DNA from: Octopus sinensis
Taxonomy: Eukaryota
Direction: 5' to 3'
Length of the DNA: 64,000 nucleotides
Assembly: GCF_006345805.1 (NCBI RefSeq)
Contig: NC_042997.1
Span: 173,538,001 to 173,602,000, forward strand
The position numbers and the translations under genes are program-made. The notes under the pieces are model-generated. The model saw only the letters and a program-made list of their open reading frames with translations. It was not told the DNA's origin and did no database searches. Shown one piece after another: positions 53,975 to 64,000 of this stretch; positions within the stretch are counted from its first letter, which is position 1; the number at the start of each line of letters is the position of its first letter.

Positions 53975-54205
53975 GGTGGCGAGCTGGCAGAATCGTTAGC
54001 ACGCCGGGCGAAATGCTTAGCGGTATTTCGTCTGCCGCTACGTTCTGAGTTCAAATTCCGCCGAGGTCGACTTTGCCTTTCATTCTTTCGGAGTCGATTA
54101 AATAAGTACCAGTTACGCACTGGGGTCGATATAAACGACTTAATCCGTTTGTCTGTGCTTGTTTGTCCTCTCTGTGTTTAGCCCCTTGTGTGTAGTAAAG
54201 AAATA
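53975..54205 (+). mobile_element. SINE B monomer
   Basis: 15-bp TSD GGTATAAATATAGAG (53960-53974 / 54206-54220). Confidence 0.92.
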
Positions 54206-54433
54206 GGTATAAATATAGAGAATCCTCCTGTTATTTTAATACATACATAGGCATCAGCAAGAGAAACAGTGGGGAAAATTCCCATCAAAATTTCTACAAA
54301 GTACAAACATAACAAGGCTTGATATAATTGTTCAGGATGAACAAGAAAACGTATGATCCCTCTTAGAGGTCAGCTGAATTCCTGATGTGAATATCTTAAA
54401 AATCAACGAGAAAGAGGATAAATATAGACAATC

Positions 54434-54594
54434 GTCCTACTATAAAGTCTGTCCTTGACTATCTAACCGTTGTGTCTCACTTTGACTGTCCTACTATAGT
54501 GCCTGACCTTTACTATCTAACCATAGTGTCTCACTTTGATTGTCCTACTATAGTGCCTGACCGTGACTATCCCACTGGTGTCTCTCCTTGAATT
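54434..54594. repeat. 54-bp minisatellite, three units
   Basis: GTCCTACTATA unit starts at 54434, 54488 and 54542. Confidence 0.9.
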
Positions 54595-55027
54595 GGACAA
54601 CTGCTTCGAAATCTACTTCTGCACTGCGTTTGAAAATTCACATTTATACTAATAATAATTGCTGAACTTTATTTTGTTCGTTCAGGCTACTGGTTTCAAA
54701 GGCTATAGTTTTCAAAGGCTAAAGGTTTTAGACAGAGTCCAATAAGCTAACACGCACATTATAAATACAATCTGTAAGGGAGAAATAAAACGAAGTTTTT
54801 CTCAAGTTCAAAGTGTAAAATTGTTTTTGCTACCTACATTCCAATGATGGAACTAGAAATCAGCTCCTTCCTTAGAAGAAGACTTCAAATAATTTCAAAT
54901 AGAAATGAACATACATACAGACAAACATGCGTGGATACTTATAGACATACATATACATACATGCATATTGAGGTTTTGGATTGTACTACTTAGAAACTTA
55001 GGGAAACAATAGTTTAATTATCATATC

Positions 55028-55423
55028 GATTTCAAATGTTGGCACGAGGCCAGCAAATGTCGAGTAGGGGATAAGTCGATAACACAAGACCCAGTAGTTA
55101 ACTGGTATTTATTTTATCGACCCAAAATGAAGAATGCTAAAGTCAATCTCGGCGGAATTCGAACTCAGAACATGCAGACGGACGAAATACCTATTCCTTT
55201 ATTACCCACAAGGGGCTAAACATAGAGGGAACAAACAAGGACAGACAAAGGGATTAAGTCGATTACATCGACCCCAGTGCGTAACTGGTACTTAATTTAT
55301 CGACCCCGAAAGGATGAAAGGCAAAGTCGACCTCGGCGGAATTTGAACTCAGAACGTACAGACGGACGAAATACCGCTAAGTATTTTCGCCAGGCGTGGG
55401 AACGACTCTTCCAGCTCGCTACC
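55028..55423 (-). mobile_element. Hybrid: young B body inside an older B2 SINE
   Basis: Diverged head, young B body, AAGGAATA|GGTATTTCG junction (55192/55191), then the B2 body and tail. Confidence 0.8.
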
Positions 55424-55799
55424 TTAGTATAGTTATATCGAAACTAAGTAAAGATGGTTATTCTGAGCTCAAATCCTGCAAATCTATCAAAACAGATTCG
55501 CTTTCCCCTTCATTCAAGATGTATAAATAATGCATCAATAATATGTAACATAATATACTCGTGTCGAATGGATTGCCTCGATTAAGTGATCTCTCGAATA
55601 CAAAGGCCCACAATGTTTGTGCATATGTACAGATGAATGTGCGTATATATTCAATATATGCCCACACATGTGTATATACACATATGTACGCGTACATGTG
55701 TGTGGTTGTGTATGTGTATGTAGGTGAGTTACGTGCATTCGTGGGTGTGCATGTTCAAGTGTTACGTGTATGTATGCATCTATCTACCTACCTACCTAC

Positions 55800-55881
<82 letters not shown>

Positions 55882-56025
55882 GTCTATCTATCTATCTATC
55901 TATCTATCTACCTATCTGCCTATCTCTCTCGCCCTCTCTCTCTCTCTCTGTATATATATATATTATATATATATTATATATATATATATATATACGAGAG
56001 AGAAAGAGAGAGATAACTAGATAGG

Positions 56026-56063
<38 letters not shown>

Positions 56064-56232
56064 CTTATCTGTCTATCAAACTATATGTCTTTATCTCTAC
56101 ATACGCAAATAGATGAGAGTGTATATGTTTGTAAGTGAAAATGTATGTAGACCCGAAGCAAATTGTTATAAATGTTTATATATGTATGTATAAATATATA
56201 TATATATATACCAACATACATACATACATACA

Positions 56233-56264
<32 letters not shown>

Positions 56265-56864
56265 CACACACACACATATATACACACACACACATATATA
56301 TATAGTGGGCCTATGTGTGAGTGGACGGACAGAGATGCCTACGCCAAAAATATGTGTAGATGAAAGAGTACGAGAAAATGTTTCACATATAGCTATATGT
56401 AATTTGAGCCCAGCACAAGACTAAGTAGATCTTTGAATACTATCGATTCCTTGTAAGATAGCGGCGCCAATGTCAATCAAGCATGGCCGATGGTTTGTTC
56501 AATGTTCCCTTACGAAGTGTCCATTGAAAATGTCCTTTCTTGAAGACTTCTTTAACGGTTCATAGGAAAATATCTCATATGCCAGATTGTCAAAGACAGA
56601 CGGACAGTGCTGGGTCGATAGATTGTATTTACCTTTTAATTTTTTTTCATTATTTTTTAATATATATTTATTTATATACAATTTGTCATAACAGAATATG
56701 AATGTGTGCTCATGTCCATTTACATATAAACATACACACACGAATAATATATGTATATATGTATGTACGTGTATATATATATGTATTTGTATGTGTGTGT
56801 GTATGCATACACAAACACACACACACATATATATATATATACATATACGTATATATATGTGTGA

Positions 56865-56904
<40 letters not shown>

Positions 56905-57144
56905 AGATAGATAGCTAGTTAGATAGACAGATAGATAGATAGATAGACATGAGCTTGCATTTTTATATGTGTATAAGAGCCTGTCTTTTTGAAAACGTAT
57001 ATCTGCAAATTAAATACGTTTATTTTCACATAATATCATAATATATGACCATAGATAGAAAGATGTGCATTACCTTTTTGTATTAAATTATAGCTGTAAT
57101 ATAAGTATATAAGTCTGTATTCCTGAAATATATGAACGTATGTC

Positions 57145-57215
<71 letters not shown>

Positions 57216-57267
57216 CCTATCTAGCTGTCTGTCTGTCTGCCTGTCTGTTTATCTATCTATCTATCAT

Positions 57268-57319
<52 letters not shown>

Positions 57320-57364
57320 CTATCTATCTATCTATATGATACAGTTTGACAATATATATATATG

Positions 57365-58200
57365 TGTGTGTTTTATCAGCTCAAAGCTGTAACCATGGAA
57401 GGGTACCCGCTGTTTTGCTACACTGTTATTATTGAGAGCCTCCTTTGGTATGTGGCATTTGGTGAATAAGGAAGTTTGATGTTGCTACCCTCATTTGCAC
57501 CTCCTGCTGCGAGGTAGTTTCATCTGAGACTCTTGACAGGAAGCGATCCAGTTTTGATTTGAAAACACCTACATCCACTTTGTGTAGGTCCGTCAGGCTC
57601 TTTGGAAGAGTATTAAAAAGCTGTGGACCCCAGAAACACAGGCTGTTGCAGTAAATGGTCCTGAAGCGTGATGGCATTGCTGGGATCTTTGGTATTGTGC
57701 AGTTCCGACTCGTTCTGGTATTTGTGTAGCTGTCAATGCCAAAATTTGGATATTCTAGGTATATATTACTGCATATCTCTCCCGACTTCGCTCCAAGGAA
57801 TAGAGACTTAACTGTTTCAGCCTATCCCAATAGCCGAGCTGTTACAATGAGATGATCTTCTGTGTGAAGATTCGCTGCATTGCGTTAAGGTCCACTGTTA
57901 ATTTTACACTATTGGGTGACCATAGCTGGGAGCAGTAGTCCAGGCGGCTGAGGACGAATGTCCCCCAGATGACGAATGTCCTCCATCATGGTTTCCTTCT
58001 TTCTGGTTTTGAAGGTTCTCAGGATCTATCCAACTAGTCGTCTGCACTTTTGTCGCCATCCAGCTGGAGTCTGACTCCTGCTGCAGGCGTGCAACATCAC
58101 TTGGCTTCTGTAGTTTCTACGAGACTTTCGTATCGTCTGCGTAGCTAGCAAGGATGGCTATCCGGGCATCTGAAGGCGTATCTATGAGGGTCACTATGAA
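57365..58200 (-). mobile_element. CR1/L2-group LINE 3' fragment with decayed RT
   Basis: SYADDTKV (YADD at 58143-58132); TFVLSRLDYCSQLWSP; LYSLERSRER; GPQLFNTLP...FKSKLDRFL; internal deletion and stops. Confidence 0.85.
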
Positions 58201-58586
58201 AAGCGTATATATATATGTTCTGCTTAGGAAATTAATTTTAGTTTTTAATGATTGACTCGCAATAAGTTATTGAGTCGAAATAATTAACTCGCAAAGAATA
58301 AATCTATAAAGATACTATTATGTATTTACCATCATGCTAAACCTTTAATTCTTATACATTTTTCTCGCTCCGTTTTTTCGTTTTCTTTCCATTGTTTTTC
58401 TCCCATACCTTTTTATCGAAGACAGTAGACTTGAAACGGCAAAGACTTATCCGCTCTTCCTGAGCGTCAAACTTCTAAACCTAATAGCTATTTCGCTACC
58501 GGTCTTCGTCTCTGTTTACTGTAAATTTGAACTATATCCAAAAATATTTTTTAAAAAATGTCTTCTCTGTTTAATTCCTCGTGTTC

Positions 58587-58622
58587 CTTTCTGTTGAAGA
58601 GCGTAGGCTCGAAACGTAAAAG
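58587..58622 (+). ncRNA. Hammerhead-like motif (A6U variant); degenerate tandem copy at ~58407-58445
   Basis: CTTT-CTGTTGA-A-GAGC-GTAG-GCTC-GAAA-CG-TA-AAAG; stems I and II intact; ACGT palindromic stem III. Confidence 0.5.
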
Positions 58623-58723
58623 ACTTTCTCACCTTCCCAAGCGTTAAACTAATACACCAGTTTGTTGTTTATAAACCTGTCTTCGTCTTTTGCCTTTCTG
58701 TAAATCTCAACTATATATATATC

Positions 58724-59615
58724 TTTAAACACCTAAGAAATCCACTCATAGGGAATTCAACACGCTAGAGAGAACAGCTAGGTTCTGTAAACCACAAAAA
58801 TAACGGATAAAATTCGACAGGAATAAATGAAAAACATTTACCATCTAGTACCCTGGACCAATTGGTTACTGATCATCTTTTAGCGAGTCAGGGGGAACTC
58901 ACAAGGTCTGATTTTCTTCAGCAAGGTCTAACCTAGGGTTAAACATATCCAACACGAGACAAACAAGGCTACTTTATACGAACTAACTTTTCAAATTTTA
59001 CTGCGCAGACGCAGTCCTTCGCTGGCTACAATGAAAAACCGCCAACTTTTAACCGAAAATTATCCAAAAACTTACAGTATTTAATCATGTCAAAGGGAAA
59101 TGGAATTTAATTAAAACTAAAACATTCAATCAAAATTTACATTTCCAGTGGTCTAACGTGCAAAAAAAATTAGTCAAGAAGACTATATATTAGTCATACG
59201 ATACAGTGTATATTTAAACACATAAGGAATCCACTTATAGGGAATTCAACACGCTTGAAAGAACAGCTAGGTTCTGTAAACCACAAAAATAAGACCTTGT
59301 GAGTTCCCCTTGACTCGCTAAAAGATGATCAGAAACCAATTGGTCCAGGGTACTAGATGGTAAATGTTTTTCATTTCCAAATTTATTCCTGTCAAATTTT
59401 ATCCGTTATTTTTGTGGTTTACAGAACCTAGCTGTTCTTTCTAGCGTGTTGAATTCCCTATAAGTGGATTCCTTATGTGTTTAAATATACACTATATCGT
59501 ATGACTAATACATAGTCTTCTTGACTAATTATTTTGCACGTTAGACCACTGGAAATGTAAATTTTGATTGAATGTTTTAATTTTAATTAAATTCCATTTC
59601 CCTTTTACATGATTA
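58724..59615. repeat. Tandem-plus-inverted repeat structure (Penelope-like topology)
   Basis: Inverted arms 59082-59292 / 59406-59615; the loop is the reverse complement of 58803-58908; direct repeat with period ~489. Confidence 0.8.
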
Positions 59616-59620
59616 TACAC

Positions 59621-59705
<85 letters not shown>

Positions 59706-60442
59706 ATTATAATTAAGGGTTAATTGCAACAAGTTGCTCAAAACCACATACCGAAAATATTAGAAATAGCAGCCAAATTGATCACTATTTCTTCTACTAA
59801 TAAAAAGTCTCCACAAACAGAATTTGTAACCTGTATATGGCAAAAAATTAATTAAATTAATTATATTCCACCCATTTTTGCATATATATATATATATATA
59901 TATATAAGTGTGTGTGTGTGTGCATGTATGTGCGTGTGTGTGTGCGTGTGTATGTCTGTATGTATGTATGTATGTATGCATGTATGTATGTATTTATGAC
60001 AACTATGTTAAGGTAAAAAAATGAATGAAAGAAATTATATGGCTAAATTTGTGGTTAAGATTAGAAGTTCCCGAGGCGAATTAATTAGTCGAAATAATTC
60101 ATTCACGTATTTCATACAGATATTCTAAAATTCTTTTTTACAGTGATATTCGCTTCAGTGATATTTGCTTCGTCTTCACACTATTCACAAATCGCAACTG
60201 AATTAGAAGATACAGGTTATTATCCTTATTCAATACCATATTAGGAATCAACCAATATTTTGAAAACGTATTCTTGACTTTAAAGAATACAATACTTATA
60301 TATTTCGTTTTTGGATTTGGTTTGCAAGATTCTTTATGTGAGTTCGTGTGTTGAAGCATATTGTTGTGTCTGGAGAGAGTCATTTTCTTTTTGTGCCTTA
60401 TAATGTAACACACTCACCGGTAAAATTACCACTTATTTCTTG

Positions 60443-60553
60443 TTTTTATTTTCCTAAAATTTTCGTTGCATCTTGCAACATTTTCAATAGTCTTGAGAGT
60501 CAAGACTATTGAAAAGGTTGCAAGACGCAACGAAAATTTTAGGAAAATAAAAA
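60443..60553. repeat. 54-bp-arm hairpin with 3-nt loop
   Basis: Arms 60443-60496 / 60500-60553 with 2 mismatches; abuts a SINE D copy (60554-60770). Confidence 0.92.
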
Positions 60554-60863
60554 TGTGTATATATTTGTGTCTTTGTTTGCCCCCAAAATTGCTTGACAAC
60601 CGATGGTGGTTTGTTTACGTCCCCGTATCTTAGCGGTTTGGAAAAAGAGGCCGATAGAATAAGTACTAGGCTTCCAAAAGAATAAGTCCTGCGGTCGATT
60701 TGCTCGACTAAAGGCGGTGCTCCAGCATGACCACACGCAAATGACTGAAACAAGTAAAAGAGTAAAGAGTATACACACACACACACACAGGTGCTATTAG
60801 TTAGACATGGCCTGGACCAATCTTGGTCGAAACATATCTAAGTTTATCTAAGTTTATATATAT

Positions 60864-60920
<57 letters not shown>

Positions 60921-61408
60921 TGATAGATATTAGATAGATATATATATAGATATATTATGTGTGTATATTAATAAATATATATGCATGTGCATGCATGTGT
61001 GTGTATTATGTATATATACATACATACATACATACATACATACATACATACATGCATATACATGAGTGAGTGTGTGTATGCTTATATTGACGAAAATATG
61101 GCAAATTTAAAGTTAGCCTACTTTAAATATCGATAAATATCGTTTATTGATAATTATGAGGTTTCAGATTTGTCTATGAAAAGCTTATCGCAGCTGATGA
61201 TTTGAACTGTATGCAATAGAAACAAGTAAGAATATCAGAATGAAATTTCTAAATATGCATGAATGGAAATGATCCATTGTGGAGCTGTCGCCTCGGGAAG
61301 CTTGAAGCGGTAGCGGCAACCATCTTTGTCAAAGCTGTCATATGGCAGACGTATTTTTCACACAGAAACACACATGCATATATAGATATGGTCATGGATA
61401 AATACACA

Positions 61409-61456
<48 letters not shown>

Positions 61457-61635
61457 ATATATATATATGTGGTGTGTGTGTGTGTGTGTGTGTGTGAGTG
61501 TGTGTTTGTATGTATGTGTGTGTGTGGTGTGTGGTAGTGTGCATAGACACGCGTTTATGTATTTATGTATAACCAACACACCTAGATATCATTACATGTA
61601 TATACGTATATATATATATATATTATATATAATAT

Positions 61636-61666
<31 letters not shown>

Positions 61667-62000
61667 TATACACGTATGTATGTATAAATTGCTTTTGTGG
61701 TTATCGTTGTCGAGAAATTTGTTTTTTCTTAAAGATGTTCGATGCTGAGCGATTCTAACGAGGTTGAAAAAACTCTATCTCCAATAGCTGCAAGCGAGAA
61801 ATCTACGAAATATGGAGAAAACAAGAAAGAGAGAATGGGAGGGTGCAAAAAAAATTTACCGCATAATGACAAAACCATAAGAAGCACAAACTAACAATAT
61901 AATACCATTAAAGGAACAAAAACAAAACAACAATTGCGGCGACAACGGTAAAAGGCTTAAAACTGCTGAAAACTACAAGATAGATGTATGTGTGCTTGTA

Positions 62001-62413
62001 TCTCTTTTACTCTCTTTTTACTCTTTTACTTGTTTCAGTCATTTGACTGCGGCCATGCTGGAGCACCGCCTTTTTAGTCGGGCGAATCGACCCCAGGACT
62101 TATTCTTTGGAAGCCTAGTACTTATTCTATCGGTCTCTTTTGCCGAACCGCTAAGTGACGGGGGACGTAAGCACACCAGCATCGGTTGTCAAGCAATGCT
62201 AGGGGGGACAAACACAGACACACAAACACACACATACATATATATATACATATAGACGACGGGCTTCTTTAGTTTCCGCCTACCAAATCCACTCACAAGG
62301 CATTGGTCGGCCCGGGGCTATAGCAGAAGACACTTGCCCAAGATGCCACGCAGTGGGACTGAACCCGAAACCATGTGGTTGGTTAGCAAGCTACTTACCA
62401 CACAGCCACTCCT
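62001..62413 (-). mobile_element. Composite SINE C-D, full length
   Basis: Consensus match to other copies. Confidence 0.9.
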
Positions 62414-62482
62414 GTTATATATAATATAATATGAAATATATATATCATATACATGCATGAATATATATAATAATATATATAT

Positions 62483-62564
<82 letters not shown>

Positions 62565-62847
62565 TATATATGAATAAAAAATGGAGTCAACGCAGGTTTA
62601 AACAAGTATTTTTTCTTTCTACATATGTTTCAAAAATTCCACTGATACTTATTCAAAAGAATAAAAGGTATAAACAATGCCAATCTTCTCTTCGGGAAAG
62701 TGAAAAAACGAAACTTGTCAATACGACATTTTAGCAAAAAATGATGGATTCGTATAGCGATAGACAGAACGCTATTAATATTGTTTAAAAAACGTTATAT
62801 GATATAACGTCATAAGTAGCTAACCGAAAGAGTAGGGATATTAATAG

Positions 62848-62886
<39 letters not shown>

Positions 62887-62887
62887 G

Positions 62888-63780
62888 AATATTTTATAAT
62901 TATATACATAATAATAACAAGGGGTCGGGTTTACGCCTCACCACGCACTGCTAGAAATAGACGCTAAAGCTCCTATTACCATCTTAAAATCTCCTACAAA
63001 TAACACACTATTCTGTAGGTAAGCAACCACAAGGTTGGTCAATTAGAATATGTCACTTACTGCTATCACCAGCGGAAGTACTCTATAAGTACTCAAAATA
63101 TGCATACGATCGGCGATATCGGTTTACCAAAATTATATCCACACTTGCAAACCGATCTCTTGTTGTAATTATATACATAATTATAAAATATTTTGTAAAA
63201 TGTACCTTTGAGGTTTTTATTTCTGCACTGATCACCTCATAAAATCGTTGATTTTACTCTGTATTAATATTAATATTTGGATAAATTTACTTCATGATCG
63301 AAACTGCATTTACTTAATACACAGTACATGGGTACAAAAGAGGGATGTGAATTACACTTGACGGGATATTTTTGCAAGTATGGATGGATATTGGTCATCC
63401 GATTTCGCCGATCGTATGCATATTTTGAAATACTCGCAACTTTATCTTATGGAGTACTTCCGCTGATCATAGCAGTAAGTGAAATATTCTAATTTTATTT
63501 TAAGCCTGAAATCCGATGGGGTACCGAGTTGACCAGCTTTGTGGATTCATTATTTTTCTTTTGCTTACCTACAACATGGTGTGTTATTTCTCGGAGATTT
63601 TAAGGTGGTAATAGGAGTTTTAGCGTCTATTTCTAGCAGTGCGCGGTGAGGGGTAAAGCCGACCCCTTGTTATAATTATGTATATGATTATAAAATATTT
63701 TGAAAAATGTACCTATAAGGTTTTTATTTCCGCAGTGACCACTTGGTAAAATTATTATTGATTTTACCATATATTAAAAA
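62888..63780. repeat. Inverted-plus-tandem repeat structure
   Basis: Arms 62888-63151 / 63371-63701 (left arm has three deletions); direct repeat 63152-63268 / 63659-63780. Confidence 0.8.
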
Positions 63781-64000
63781 ATATTTTTTATTGCACCACT
63801 TGGCCTCAACTCTCCTCCCCTCTTCATCTACCTCCTTCCTTCTCCTCTCTTCCCATCACACCTACTTTCTCCTACCCACCTTCTCCCTTCCCCCTCTCCC
63901 TTCATCATCACCCCTCCCTCGTAACCCACCCCTACACAATCCAACCCACCTTCCCTATCAATCCCATTCCACCCCACCCCATCCTTTACACCTACTCCCA

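Noticed and set aside
19921-61240. Further hammerhead-like strings at ~19927, 21734, 53750, 60801 and 61195
   Set aside because: Each has multiple core substitutions or missing stems; at most they are decayed Penelope-like relics.
63785-64000. C/T-rich terminal tract
   Set aside because: It is low-complexity sequence with no definable unit, and it is cut by the window end.

Overview
AT-rich eukaryotic non-coding (intergenic or intronic) DNA, saturated with microsatellites and transposon debris. The tRNA-derived SINE families look like those of Octopus; this is recognition from memory, not a database result. I find no intact host protein-coding gene, and nearly all ORF-track entries are microsatellite or SINE artefacts. 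Coding signal is confined to decayed transposons: a Chapaev3-type transposase, two RLE-type (R4/Dong-like) non-LTR fragments, an RTE 3' end, a CR1/L2-group RT, a hAT transposase and a mariner HTH. The most notable observation is a young SINE family ('B') whose target-site duplications repeatedly begin with GGTAT/GATAT. That motif lies inside the SINE itself, so it forms arrays with a fixed junction and also inserts into older relatives. Other highlights: a near-canonical type I hammerhead ribozyme plus two variant hammerhead-like motifs; Penelope-like tandem-plus-inverted structures; a Chapaev transposon nested at the centre of a ~255 bp-arm foldback; a MITE with 6-bp TSDs and an internal telomere-like G-rich tract; and module swapping among SINE families. 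Family letters A-F are my working labels.
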